A stretch of 64,000 nt of DNA. It comes from a virus. The notes beneath the pieces were generated by a model. The model was not told where the DNA came from. It did not search any database and saw only the letters and a list, made by a program, of their open reading frames with translations. The stretch covers positions 10,180-74,179 of IMG/VR virus record IMGVR_UViG_3300017964_000010, one strand, 5' to 3'. The translations under genes and the position numbers were made by a program. Positions 1 through 11,229 of the stretch are shown here, in pieces (the stretch's first letter is position 1; every line of letters begins with the position of its first letter).

Positions 1-3000
1 CACCATTTGATACTGTTAGATTTTCACCAAACCCTAAACCGCCAGATGAAGCAGATATGTTATGGCCAAATGCCATTGGATCATCAGTACCTGTTGATCC
101 ATCTGTAGTATTACTGTAACCAAATGCGTAGCCAGTTCCGAGAGTTGTTGTATTGCCGCCACCATAAGCATAGCCGCCATTTGCTACAGTATTTCCTACA
201 CCATAAGCATAACCATTATCTACAGAAGTGTTTCCGTACCCAAATAAGAAACCATTTCTAGTAATAATATTATTAGTACCAAATATATAACTTGTTCCAC
301 TCGGACCTGTAGAACCGGTATTACCACTACCATAAATATTAACTTGTCCGTTATTGGTATTTAAATGCCCAAATATATTAACACCGGAATTGTTGGAGTT
401 ACTATTACCATAAATTCTAACAGTACCTCGGGTATTGACTGCATTGGAAGGTGAATTATTAGTATTACCCCATCCAAAAACAGAAACACCGGCCCAGTAA
501 CCATTATGTCCGCTGTTATTTCTACCTACAAAAAGACCATTGTAGTTATTACTTCTATTATTATCACCAACAATTACTAAGCCACCATAATAACCGTTTC
601 CATTATTACTACCGCCTATAAGTATACTTCTTGGTCCCGCATTATTACTTGCACCAATAGCAACACCGCCACCGTATGCAGCTGCAGTATTACCAGAACC
701 AATAGCAACACCGCCCCAGTTGGTAGAATTGCTTCTACCTATACTGGTACCACTTTGGGTTGCATCTGATGTTGTACCAATTGAAACACCACTTAGATTA
801 GATGATACTGATGAACCAATTGATTTACCACTATTAGATGAAGTATTACTAACACCAATTGAAACACCGCTAGTGTTTGCAGTCAAAGATGTACCAATTG
901 CAACACCACCATTTGATGAAGATGCTACTGTACCTATAGAAGTTGAACTATAGGAAGTTGCTGATCTACCAATTGAAACACCACTTAGGTTAGATGGTGA
1001 TAATCTACCAATTGAAACACCACTATTACTTGCACGTTGATCAAGTCCTATAGAAACTGATGCAGTGGTTGTTGTTGAAGATACATCTTTACCAATTGAA
1101 ACACCGCTATTACTGGTTATTGATTTACCAATTGCAACAGCATTTGCAAAGTTGTTATTTACAATATTTTCACCAATTGAAACCGACCCTGCAAAGTTCT
1201 GGTTGTGGTATATGTTAGCACCAATACCAACACCATCTTGAGATGGGTTATCAATCGTATTACCAATTGCAACAGCATTAGTTCTAGGTAATATTGCATT
1301 TCCGGCTTTTACATCATAACCAAGGGCTAAAGAATAATCTGTAGCTAATGTATTATAACCTATACCAACCGATGCTCTTCCAACTTCAGTATCATCCCAA
1401 GTTACGGTTGTTCCATCTACTGCACCAACTCTAAATGCTCCCCTTTGGGGTATCCACATCATCCGAGCACCGGCATTAGTTCCATATCTAGGATTAATTG
1501 TAAAATCTGGAATTACATTTGGTGTTGTTATAGCAACTCCAGCACTATCCCAATCACCATGATAGAAAATTGCATTACCACTCTTTACAAAGAATTTAGT
1601 ATCACTATCACCAAGGACCATATCCTGTGGTTCACCAATAACAACTGCACCACCAGCATCATAATATATTTGTTGATTACCGACAGCATCATTATTATAA
1701 CTCCAAACACTTTGAAGTCTATTACCGATATAATTTGAATCAACAATTCTTTCTATATTTGAATCAAAAGATAAACCACCAGGACCATAATACATTGTAA
1801 CATTTGAATCAAAGGTAAATGATCCGACTGTTGCATTAACTGAAACGGGACCTGTAAAACTAGTTGAACTTGAAATTAGATTATTAGCCGTTAGAGTATC
1901 AACTGTGGTATGATATCCATTATTAACAGTTACATTACCATTAAATGTTGCTGGGCCAAGTAGTGAAAGAGAAGTTGTTACTTTAGGTGATTTATCATCA
2001 ATTCTAAATATATCATTTAGTGCTACTGAAGTTGCATCATCTGTAAATGATACAGTATTTGCATCAATAATACTAAATGTGCCACCATATCCAGATTTTG
2101 GATTTTGTAAAGAGTCTAGGAGACCTCCTGCACTATAAACGGTGTTAATATTAAGATTATCACCATTTATATCAAGACCCGTAAATGTAATTGTAGTAGG
2201 AAGTGTTCTAAGATTTACATTTAAAGATAGATCAGCCGAATCAACAGCATCTTCATAAACTCTAAAGGAATTTGGATTTGCAAAGAAGTAATCGGAAGAT
2301 GAAAGAACCTGTGAATCACCTAAACTATCAATTCTATATACTTCGACAAATCTCTGTTCTGGAGGTGTTGGAAAATAGAAAGCTTCAAATTCAGAATCAG
2401 TATTTACATTAAGAGCTGCTATCAAAGCTCCTTGACTTAATGTATTTAAATTATTAGATAATAATGAAGAAGTTATCTGGAAGAAATAATCGCTATCAAC
2501 TGTAACTTGTGTTCCAGAAATATTAACTGGACCGCCGGTTACTGTTAGTCCGCTATCAAATCTTCCAACACCAGCAACGTGAAATTTAGTTACTGGCTGA
2601 TCTGTTCCAATACCAACATTTACATTTCTAACATTTGGATAAGTGCCAAAGAATAGTGTGTTATCTCTCCTTTGCCATTCAGAACTATCATTAGCTGCAG
2701 AAAGAATATATGAACTATCAACAATTGATTTTATATAAGCTTCATCAATAAACGATGCAAGTGTAGCTGCATTTAAAACAACTCTTGAACTAACATAAGC
2801 ATTATCTATTATTGATGCAAGATAATCTTCTGTCGGCCATTGTCTAACTTGACCTAGACTATTTCTTATGCTTATAGGGCTATTGCCGGCATTGTCGTCC
2901 AAGTAATCATTAGCATCTTCAATAAGAATTGGTGCTTTACCTATATTTCTTACAGACAGAGCTAAAGTATGATCTGCTAATAAAGTAGGTGTTAATTCAG

Positions 3001-6000
3001 AAGGTTGAAGACCACCTAGTAATGATTTTACACTACCTGAAGGTTTATAGTAAAGAGCATCTGGATGTGCTTGCCAGAATGCATCATTAGAAACTCTTGC
3101 TTGGACATAATCAGTATCCAAGAAATCTATCATTGTAGGTATTACTAAGTTGCCTGGACGGATAACGTGACTATCAAATGATAGACCACCAATAGTAATA
3201 GCACTTCCGCCTAATGTAAATGCTCCTCCAACGGTAATACCTTGTGAATCAAATCTAAAGTTTTTGTTACCAGCTGTACTTGTAAAGGCTAAATCACCAC
3301 TAAATGTAACACCTTGTGAATCAACTCTTAAGTTTGTACCATCACCTCCGACAAAAAGATCACCAAGGACATTTAAATTCGGACTAAGAACTCTTGGTGG
3401 TGTATATGGCACAGAAAGAACATCACCAGCATCACCAAAATCAAATCCATCAATTATTGTTATATTACTATCAATCAGACCTCCTGATATAACTGGAGGA
3501 CCACCATGAGAATCTCTGCGAAGAGCAAACTGGAATGAATCAATTGGATCAGCAAAGTAGAAAATTGTATCTAAATTATTTCCTGCATTTGTTGTTAATT
3601 CGGTTAAAGGAATATTAGAAAGTTGTATGGCTTTGGTTAAATCTGGATCAAAAGTACGAACAGGATGACCTGTGTTTTTAACATATAATTCGTGATCATA
3701 AGGTACTTTAATTCTTACTGCATTAGTAATAGCACCAATAGTATGATCAAACTGAATTGAATCAATTCCTGTGCCTATTATAGATCCAGTTCCAAATCCT
3801 GGTCCGACTGATGTAGTACTACCAAACCCAAGATAATCTTGAATTGTTTTTGGTCCAAAGTATATCGTTGCTCCGCTATCAACTCTTATTGAACCAGCGA
3901 CATCAAGAGCATAATCAGCATTATTTTTACCTATTGCAACTTTAGTATTGTCGAGAGAACTATCATTAGCTGCAGAAGTATTTAATATAATATGATCAGA
4001 TTTATTATTAGCTGTTACATTTCTACCAATTATAAATGTATTTGTAGTATTACCTTTTATAAGGTTATCTTCACCAAGTATAAAGTTATTAGAACCAGTA
4101 GCTATACTATCAAGAATATTATTCGTACCTATAAATGTAGTGTAACTTCCTTTCAAACTTGTGAATGATAAATCACCGCCGCGGCTAATATTATTTTCAT
4201 TACCAATAGCTGTACTATAAAGACCAGATACGGCGTTATTTCTTCCTAATGCAATAGATCCAAAACCTAGTTTTTCATTTGATAATTGATTATCAAAATC
4301 CGAGAATCTACCAACTCTAAATAATTCTAATTTTGGCTGATATGTTAAAAGATTAACATCACCGGCAATAAATGGAATTGAATCCATTAGTTGTGCATCT
4401 GTAACGGTAAATGTGCCGTCTGTAATACCACTTACAGCAAAACCTTCTTGTGCTAAAATATCAAGATCATAAGTAGCAATTTTATTAATTCCAAGAGGTT
4501 TAGGAACATTTGTAGAATCTACAACGGCATATCTAACAGCTTCACCTTCATCTACAAATGGTGTTGTACTTTGATAGACACCAGGAGCCCCTTCTTGCAA
4601 AAGTTCTCCTGCTAATATGATATTGCCTTTTACATAAAGGTTTCCGTCATAATTATTAAATTTATCACCAGAATCACCAATAATTACGTTACCATAATTA
4701 ATAGCTAAAATTCTTTCTGAGTGAACATTCATAGGAACATTAGATAGGTTGATACCTATGGCATTATCTGCACTAGAATCTATTCTAATATTTCTACCAA
4801 TACCAGTAGCATTATCACCATGTATTCTAATGTCCGTACCAAGTGCTACACCAAGATTTGCATCTATAAAGTTATTATCTCCAAATGCATAGGAAGGTGA
4901 ACCTTTTAATATATTTGCGCTGCCTACAGCATAAGCACCACCACCAGTTATGGTATTATAGGTACCTATTGCATAAGAACCAGAGGCAGCTGTTGCACTT
5001 GCAGTTGTTCCAATAGTATTATTGTAACCGAATACACCAGCTAAATTACCATTTACATTATTTTCAGTACCAATACCTATGACACTAGTACCATATAAAT
5101 GATTTTCTTTACCAATACCAATTGCAAATTGTGTACTACCAATAGGGACAGATGAATCGACTGTAACATCAGTACCTATTAATATAGTACCCGTATTATT
5201 TGCCCTAGTTTTAGTTCTTCTGCCTAAAGCTATAGAATAATCCGCTTCAGCTTCTGTTAAAGAACCTATAGCTAGTGATGCTAAACCTTTTGCTCTAGTT
5301 GCTTCACCAAATGCGGTAGAAAATAATCCAATATTACCTTGAATATAATCTCCAGAGGGCCCACCTCTAAAGTAGCCGCCTCTTGTAGCACCTTTTGATG
5401 TAATATATGTAAATCTTGATCCATTACTATCATCCATATAAGAAGCCATTGGACCAGCAAGAGTATTGAGAGCATAAACAATACCTGTAGAATCAATTTG
5501 GCCTCTTACAGATATATCTCCAATAACGTCCAATTTATATTTTGGAGTATCCGTTCCAATTGCAACTCTACCATAAGATTGTAAAGATATTGCATATGGA
5601 TCAGTAATATCAGATAAAGGAATATTATAAGCAGCATCTGCAGTTGGTTCATTTTTTATAAAAATACCACCACCGGTAAAGATAGAACCATCTTTATAAA
5701 TATTTCCAGTGAAGTTTATAGAACCGTCTTTTCTTACTTCAAAAAGTGTACTATCATAACGAGCTAAAACTTCAATAACATTAAATGAGTCAGAGTTCGG
5801 AGCATTTTTTGCTAGTGAAGATTTAAAGATATTTTCATGTGCAGTAGATACCAATTTAGCAGAATCAGTAAATATTTCTAAACCATAAAAGTCTCTTGGT
5901 GCAGAAATATTAGACGGTAGTGTCCAAGTTGATGGAGCATAATATGTGCCAAACTGTGCAGTTGTAAATCTACCTAATTGAATATCGCCGGTAGCAATAA

Positions 6001-8158
6001 TTTTACCGGTATTATCATCAACATTAAATCTATAGTATCCTGAATCATATAATTTTTGAAAGGATGTTGCAAAACCGTCATTAGTGATAATACTACTAAC
6101 ATGATTACCGTATTTAAGACCTTCGGTAAATCCAATTGAATCATTATCACCTGAAGTTAAAATATAACCTGGATATAAAGATGTTAGTTTTACATCTCTT
6201 GCAACCAAGTCTTTTTCTACAGTAACTTGACCATTACTAAGATCAAAACTTAAAGAAGAATCAGAAGTTAAAGTGCCGTTATTATCTATTATTGCAACTG
6301 TATTTGGTTTAAAATTACCAAATGCACCAGTTAATTTGCCAGTAATATGTAAATTACCTATGGTTGCAGAGTCAATAGTAATTGCTGCTATTTTTGCTGA
6401 ATCTGCATAAAAGTGTTTAAAATTTCCTGAATCAATTCTAAGTACACTTATATCTGCTGAATCTGCATCTAAATATGGAGTAATAATTCCAGATCCAGAA
6501 ACAGTTAAATTGCCAGATCTTAAAACATTAATATCAGCAGAATCTATATTAGCATAATTAGATGTTAACTTATTTGTAGTAATACTATCTGCCTGTATTC
6601 CAGAAAGATAAATATTTCTCCATCTCTGATCTGAACTACCAATATCAAATGCAAGGCTTGTATTAGGTATTAAGTGAGAATTAATATCACCACTAAAAAC
6701 TATATTATCTTCGTTGCTGTCACCAAGATAAATATTACCGCCTGTTGCTGATTTTATTGTAGCATTACCGGATACGGTAAGGTCTCCACCTACGGAAAGA
6801 TTGCCTTTTATATGAGCACTATCTACAGTAAGACCACTAATTCTTGCTAAATTGATGTCTGCTGAATCAATATCTGCATACTCTATACCAGCGCTATCTA
6901 TGGTTGCTCTTGTAATATCAGCATAAATAGAAGTAAGATCCGTTATAATACCACTATCTGCATATATTGCAGGAACATCTATATCTTTATTAAATACCCA
7001 TCTATCAGGTGTAGCTTCATAAGTTATTTTAGCGTTGGCTGCAAATACTGTAATACCGGCACCATCTGCTTGACTTGAATCTTGAGCAGAGTCTGCAAGA
7101 ACAATATTTTTATCATTAACGGTAACTGTAGTTGAGTTTACTATTGTCTCAGTACCATCAACCTGTAAATCGCCTTTAATAATAACTTTACCAGTATTAT
7201 CTCCTACAGCAGCAGGATCTATAACAAAGATTTGAGGCCCATTTATTTGACCAGTGATATTTAAAATATCAATTTGTGCAGAATCAATATAAGCATGTTT
7301 AATATCTGCTGAATCAATATAAGCTGTAATAATTCTTGTTAAATCTACATCAGAAGAATCTATATCTGCATAATTGATTCTAGCAAGAGTAATATCAGCT
7401 GAATCAATGTCTGTATGATCTATATCTGCATATCTAATATAAGCAGAATCAATTTCCGCATTGGTAATTCTAGCAAGAGTAATATCTGCTGAATCAATAA
7501 TTGCGTGTAAAATATCTGCACTATCAATATAAGCAGTAATAATATCTGCCATAATAATATCTGCTGAATCAATATAAGCATGACCAATATCTGCAGAATC
7601 AGCATAAAGAGCAGTAAATCTATTTCCTAGTTTACCAATATATCTTGCACCAACAATAAATATTTCATTTCCATCAAGCCCGGCTGGAAGATTATCACCA
7701 ATAAAGTTAAGTACACCAGATTGATAATCAAAGAAAAATTCATCATTATTACCAGAACCAGCAGCAAATATTCTAGTCCCAGAAGTTTGTGGATCCGTTG
7801 TACCAGAAGGTGCAATATAAACTTTTACAGCATAAGTGGAACCAAATTGCGGAGGAATCCAATTAGTTAAATTTGTTTTCCAAGTTCTATTAGGGGTTGC
7901 AGTAGTATCTTTTACTGCTTCTATTGAAGAAGATCCATTTCCGCTATCATCATAAATTTCAATAATGCCAATACTTAAACTAGGTAGTATATTAGGTATT
8001 TGATAAGCATCAGTCCATAAATTATTTCCGTCCAAAAGTAAAGGACTTGCAATTGCTTCGTTTGTAGCAGTTTTAATTGAATTGATATCTGTCTTTGTTG
8101 CTCCGTAACCAAGCTTTTTCCAAAGAAAGTCTATCTTTTGATTGTCACTTATTGACAT
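1..8158 (-). CDS. Giant tail fibre/adhesin-like virion protein (>2719 aa, 3' end outside window)
   Basis: ATG at 8158 (MSISDNQKIDFLWKKLGYGATKTD...). Spot translations at ~7440, ~3850 and 1-80 are in the same frame. Its absence from the ORF track fits having no stop in the window. It has IDSAD-type 5-residue repeats, GIGT-type fibre motifs and YadA-head-like GVSIG/AIG repeats. Confidence 0.85.
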   Translation of the reverse strand, partial: MSISDNQKIDFLWKKLGYGATKTDINSIKTATNEAIASPLLLDGNNLWTDAYQIPNILPSLSIGIIEIYDDSGNGSSSIEAVKDTTATPNRTWKTNLTNWIPPQFGSTYAVKVYIAPSGTTDPQTSGTRIFAAGSGNNDEFFFDYQSGVLNFIGDNLPAGLDGNEIFIVGARYIGKLGNRFTALYADSADIGHAYIDSADIIMADIITAYIDSADILHAIIDSADITLARITNAEIDSAYIRYADIDHTDIDSADITLARINYADIDSSDVDLTRIITAYIDSADIKHAYIDSAQIDILNITGQINGPQIFVIDPAAVGDNTGKVIIKGDLQVDGTETIVNSTTVTVNDKNIVLADSAQDSSQADGAGITVFAANAKITYEATPDRWVFNKDIDVPAIYADSGIITDLTSIYADITRATIDSAGIEYADIDSADINLARISGLTVDSAHIKGNLSVGGDLTVSGNATIKSATGGNIYLGDSNEDNIVFSGDINSHLIPNTSLAFDIGSSDQRWRNIYLSGIQADSITTNKLTSNYANIDSADINVLRSGNLTVSGSGIITPYLDADSADISVLRIDSGNFKHFYADSAKIAAITIDSATIGNLHITGKLTGAFGNFKPNTVAIIDNNGTLTSDSSLSFDLSNGQVTVEKDLVARDVKLTSLYPGYILTSGDNDSIGFTEGLKYGNHVSSIITNDGFATSFQKLYDSGYYRFNVDDNTGKIIATGDIQLGRFTTAQFGTYYAPSTWTLPSNISAPRDFYGLEIFTDSAKLVSTAHENIFKSSLAKNAPNSDSFNVIEVLARYDSTLFEVRKDGSINFTGNIYKDGSIFTGGGIFIKNEPTADAAYNIPLSDITDPYAISLQSYGRVAIGTDTPKYKLDVIGDISVRGQIDSTGIVYALNTLAGPMASYMDDSNGSRFTYITSKGATRGGYFRGGPSGDYIQGNIGLFSTAFGEATRAKGLASLAIGSLTEAEADYSIALGRRTKTRANNTGTILIGTDVTVDSSVPIGSTQFAIGIGKENHLYGTSVIGIGTENNVNGNLAGVFGYNNTIGTTASATAASGSYAIGTYNTITGGGAYAVGSANILKGSPSYAFGDNNFIDANLGVALGTDIRIHGDNATGIGRNIRIDSSADNAIGINLSNVPMNVHSERILAINYGNVIIGDSGDKFNNYDGNLYVKGNIILAGELLQEGAPGVYQSTTPFVDEGEAVRYAVVDSTNVPKPLGINKIATYDLDILAQEGFAVSGITDGTFTVTDAQLMDSIPFIAGDVNLLTYQPKLELFRVGRFSDFDNQLSNEKLGFGSIALGRNNAVSGLYSTAIGNENNISRGGDLSFTSLKGSYTTFIGTNNILDSIATGSNNFILGEDNLIKGNTTNTFIIGRNVTANNKSDHIILNTSAANDSSLDNTKVAIGKNNADYALDVAGSIRVDSGATIYFGPKTIQDYLGFGSTTSVGPGFGTGSIIGTGIDSIQFDHTIGAITNAVRIKVPYDHELYVKNTGHPVRTFDPDLTKAIQLSNIPLTELTTNAGNNLDTIFYFADPIDSFQFALRRDSHGGPPVISGGLIDSNITIIDGFDFGDAGDVLSVPYTPPRVLSPNLNVLGDLFVGGDGTNLRVDSQGVTFSGDLAFTSTAGNKNFRFDSQGITVGGAFTLGGSAITIGGLSFDSHVIRPGNLVIPTMIDFLDTDYVQARVSNDAFWQAHPDALYYKPSGSVKSLLGGLQPSELTPTLLADHTLALSVRNIGKAPILIEDANDYLDDNAGNSPISIRNSLGQVRQWPTEDYLASIIDNAYVSSRVVLNAATLASFIDEAYIKSIVDSSYILSAANDSSEWQRRDNTLFFGTYPNVRNVNVGIGTDQPVTKFHVAGVGRFDSGLTVTGGPVNISGTQVTVDSDYFFQITSSLLSNNLNTLSQGALIAALNVNTDSEFEAFYFPTPPEQRFVEVYRIDSLGDSQVLSSSDYFFANPNSFRVYEDAVDSADLSLNVNLRTLPTTITFTGLDINGDNLNINTVYSAGGLLDSLQNPKSGYGGTFSIIDANTVSFTDDATSVALNDIFRIDDKSPKVTTSLSLLGPATFNGNVTVNNGYHTTVDTLTANNLISSSTSFTGPVSVNATVGSFTFDSNVTMYYGPGGLSFDSNIERIVDSNYIGNRLQSVWSYNNDAVGNQQIYYDAGGAVVIGEPQDMVLGDSDTKFFVKSGNAIFYHGDWDSAGVAITTPNVIPDFTINPRYGTNAGARMMWIPQRGAFRVGAVDGTTVTWDDTEVGRASVGIGYNTLATDYSLALGYDVKAGNAILPRTNAVAIGNTIDNPSQDGVGIGANIYHNQNFAGSVSIGENIVNNNFANAVAIGKSITSNSGVSIGKDVSSTTTTASVSIGLDQRASNSGVSIGRLSPSNLSGVSIGRSATSYSSTSIGTVASSSNGGVAIGTSLTANTSGVSIGVSNTSSNSGKSIGSSVSSNLSGVSIGTTSDATQSGTSIGRSNSTNWGGVAIGSGNTAAAYGGGVAIGASNNAGPRSILIGGSNNGNGYYGGLVIVGDNNRSNNYNGLFVGRNNSGHNGYWAGVSVFGWGNTNNSPSNAVNTRGTVRIYGNSNSNNSGVNIFGHLNTNNGQVNIYGSGNTGSTGPSGTSYIFGTNNIITRNGFLFGYGNTSVDNGYAYGVGNTVANGGYAYGGGNTTTLGTGYAFGYSNTTDGSTGTDDPMAFGHNISASSGGLGFGENLTVSNG
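680..1270 (-). repeat. ~39-nt (13-aa) tandem coding repeats, S-G-V-S-I-G type
   Basis: Plus-strand accaattgaaacacc(a/g)ct or close variants at ~776, 815, 854, 893, 932, 968, 1007, 1091. Confidence 0.8.
6360..7620 (-). repeat. Pentapeptide-like (I/A)DSAD repeat region
   Basis: About 21 Asp-Ser motifs in ~415 codons, e.g. YADSADIGHAYIDSADIIMADIITAYIDSADILHAIIDSADITLARI. Confidence 0.8.
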
Positions 8159-8167
8159 ATTCGATCC

Positions 8168-11100
8168 TTATGAAATACTCAAAGCTGTTATTGACTGATT
8201 AGTAGACAGAGCAATTCTAACTAACCCTACATTTCCAGTAGCGTTTGTTAAATTTTCTTCACCGAGTGTCATTAAATAAGATCCGCTTAAAGCAGTATTT
8301 GCAATTATTCTATCATTACCTGTTTTAGCACAACCATTACTTCCATTACCACCATTGGAAATATTAGCACCAGGAACACCACCATCATTTGCTTGGATAG
8401 AACAGTCTAACCACCCATTTATAGTACTTGTATTATCTATTGTAGATCCCGGTGCAGCTATAAAAATTCCTTCAACTCCTGTTGTACTTGTTATATTAAT
8501 ATTAAAGTTTGCTACAACTGTCCTTCTAAATGCAAATGTAAAATACTGAATTCCCGTGTCCCCAGATCTATTAGGTCCTGCCGGTAAATATGAACCGTTA
8601 CTATAATCAGTTAAATTATGTTCTATTACTCCATAATTTACTGTAGCTTCTTGTGTGCCTTCTACTCCCGGATCTGCTGTTTCAGTATAAACATTATTAG
8701 TATAAAAATTAGTTGAACTTGTATAACTAGGAGTATTTATAACTTCAGAATTGAAGTCAAAAATGCGTACTCCATCATCATCAAATCCAAATCCTAGATT
8801 ATCGTCTACTTCAATAGCTATTTCACTAATAGGTGTTTGATCAGCATTATGTACTAATATATTTTCCGATAGTTCATGATATGAACCCCAACCATTTGGG
8901 TTTCTTGCTCTTACTTTTAGTTTTTGCATTGCTCTAGCTGAAGTAGTGCTTGTTATAATAACCGACATACTACCTAAAGCATAAGGAGAAGGAATACCAG
9001 TATTTGCAATTGGTATACCATTTGATAAAAATGTTGAAACACCATCTATTTGATCATACCTATAATTCTGATCTGAAATTACATTTCCTGTTCCTTCTAA
9101 ACGTGTTGCAGAAGAAACTTGAAAAGGACTATTTGTTTGTTGATAAGTTTGGCCAATAAAATCTGAAATATTTAAACCAGAAACATTTAAAGTTGCTCCT
9201 GTTGTATAATGTGGAACTCCACTTATGTATTTGTAAGTTCCAGATACATTTTCTGAAATTGTTCCAGTAGTTAAAGATGGTGTAGTATTATTATTATCTT
9301 TAACAAAATATACAGTATTTGTAGAACCAGTTTGAGAATGAGAAATGCTATAACTATTTAAACCAACAGGCAATAATGTTACATTTTTAGAAATCTTTGC
9401 TTTAAATCCCTGATATAAATTTGGATGATAAATGCTAGTATCAAAGGAAGTTGGTGCACCTGTTGCATCAAATAAATTATAATCTACATTATCTGAAACA
9501 ATTAAGCTATTATAAGTTCCGTTCTGATTTGCTGATGTAAATGTAACCGAACCATCTATTGAATTATTAATATTAGAAACTAAAACTCCAGAATTTCCAC
9601 TATAAGCAATACCAGAAGATGTGACTGATGTTTCTACATTTCCAGAAGATTGTGTAACTCTATCAACATCTTGACTAGAAGTTGGTCCTCCACCAGTAGT
9701 ATTATCTGTAAATCCTACAGCAAGTTTAGGACTGTCGCCTATACTATTATTAAATGATATAGTTTTTGTATTTAAACCTTGAGGTGCCGAAATATTAGGA
9801 TTATAAACTTTTAATTCAGTTGTACCAGATTCTGGTATTAAAGTTGGATCGGCGGTAGTATGTGTTACTATAGTAAGAGTTAGTGTATCTTTTCCTGTTC
9901 CAGTATTGCTCCCGACTGGCCAAGTATGAACTAATCTTATTCCAGAAGCACCACCAGCACCAGTATTATCTAAGATATTATCTATAGGTGTGCCGTCTCC
10001 CCAGTCCATGGTATATTCTACAGTCGCTGGTCCATTTTTATCTGCTACATTTGTATTTGTTGATAAATTTGAAAGCCATAAATTTTGACCTTCAATAACA
10101 TATAAATCATTACCTGTTAGTACAGGTGAAGAAATATCTTCTAGCCTATGAAGAGTAAATTGAGCAACAGGATCGGGAGTATATATTGTAATATAATCAA
10201 CATTCGTTCTAAATGCTTCACTTCCAGTTCCAACACCATCTGTATGCCAAGCCCTAACTTTTACACTAGCCGGACTAGATAAAGGATCTAAATATTGATG
10301 AGTTGGGTTTACTGCTGTTACTGCTGAATCAATAGTACCATCACCCCAATCAATATCGTATCTATTTGGTGTACCATCATTATCTATAGTAAGTGTTGCT
10401 ATAAAACCTGCACCTGCTGCAGTAGGAGATGCAGTAAAAGTAAGATCCCTACAAAAAGCATTATTTCTTACATTATTAATTGCTTCATTTAAACCATCAA
10501 GAACATCTGTTACTCTATCACTATCAACAAAGTGCATATAAGCACCATCTTTCCAGAGCCCATCTAAAGGTATACCAGCTTTAACATTATCTGTATATGT
10601 TTTTGTAACAAGAGACTGTGAACTATCTGGAATATAATCTACAGATGCTACTAATTGTCCAGAATCTGTAATTGATAATCTTTTTGTGCCCGCAGTATAA
10701 AATTGTAATGTATCATTATCTGTGCCAGGAGAAAGTTCTGCAATAATATATGTATCTTGATCTACATCTTTTACACCGCCAAGACCACTCCATACATTTC
10801 CGTCGTATCCTTCAAATGAAGTATCTTCGGTATTAAATCTTATTGATCCAATTACATCATCTGGTCTTTCAGATGTGGTACCTGTTGGAATAACAAGTTC
10901 ATTATTAATTCTGAGATAATCAAGATCCCGACTATCTCCAGTTAATAAAAGTTTTAAAGATTGATTAATACCAGCGGAATCTGGCACTAAAGAAGTTATA
11001 AATTCTCCACCAATTTTTGCAATTCGTGGTGCAGTACCTGATGAATCAATTGGATTACCGACACCAATAAAAAGCGCTCTTGAAGAATCTAAAGAAGAAT

Positions 11101-11179
11101 AAGCCAATTCACCGGTTTTAAGCGAACTAGGAATAGCTTGCGTAGATGATCTTTTTATTCTTATTATACTGAAAGCCAT
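8168..11179 (-). CDS. Virion structural/tail-fibre-associated protein with PKD-like domains
   Basis: 1003 aa. N-terminal IRIKRSS...L.TGELAY fibre-type motif, GSIRFNT..FEGY.G..W motif, two DWGDGT PKD signatures. Late promoter upstream. Confidence 0.7.
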   Translation of the reverse strand: MAFSIIRIKRSSTQAIPSSLKTGELAYSSLDSSRALFIGVGNPIDSSGTAPRIAKIGGEFITSLVPDSAGINQSLKLLLTGDSRDLDYLRINNELVIPTGTTSERPDDVIGSIRFNTEDTSFEGYDGNVWSGLGGVKDVDQDTYIIAELSPGTDNDTLQFYTAGTKRLSITDSGQLVASVDYIPDSSQSLVTKTYTDNVKAGIPLDGLWKDGAYMHFVDSDRVTDVLDGLNEAINNVRNNAFCRDLTFTASPTAAGAGFIATLTIDNDGTPNRYDIDWGDGTIDSAVTAVNPTHQYLDPLSSPASVKVRAWHTDGVGTGSEAFRTNVDYITIYTPDPVAQFTLHRLEDISSPVLTGNDLYVIEGQNLWLSNLSTNTNVADKNGPATVEYTMDWGDGTPIDNILDNTGAGGASGIRLVHTWPVGSNTGTGKDTLTLTIVTHTTADPTLIPESGTTELKVYNPNISAPQGLNTKTISFNNSIGDSPKLAVGFTDNTTGGGPTSSQDVDRVTQSSGNVETSVTSSGIAYSGNSGVLVSNINNSIDGSVTFTSANQNGTYNSLIVSDNVDYNLFDATGAPTSFDTSIYHPNLYQGFKAKISKNVTLLPVGLNSYSISHSQTGSTNTVYFVKDNNNTTPSLTTGTISENVSGTYKYISGVPHYTTGATLNVSGLNISDFIGQTYQQTNSPFQVSSATRLEGTGNVISDQNYRYDQIDGVSTFLSNGIPIANTGIPSPYALGSMSVIITSTTSARAMQKLKVRARNPNGWGSYHELSENILVHNADQTPISEIAIEVDDNLGFGFDDDGVRIFDFNSEVINTPSYTSSTNFYTNNVYTETADPGVEGTQEATVNYGVIEHNLTDYSNGSYLPAGPNRSGDTGIQYFTFAFRRTVVANFNINITSTTGVEGIFIAAPGSTIDNTSTINGWLDCSIQANDGGVPGANISNGGNGSNGCAKTGNDRIIANTALSGSYLMTLGEENLTNATGNVGLVRIALSTNQSITALSIS

Positions 11180-11215
11180 ACTGGGTCAAACCTTAATAAA
11201 TCTTGAATTATATAC

Positions 11216-11223
11216 TATTTATA
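11216..11223 (-). promoter_or_regulatory. T4-type late promoter TATAAATA
   Basis: Exact TATAAATA on the minus strand, intergenic, upstream of 11179. Confidence 0.8.
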
Positions 11224-11229
11224 TACTTT

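Noticed and set aside
680-1270. CRISPR-like array
   Set aside because: Degenerate repeats with a period divisible by 3, lying inside a coding frame
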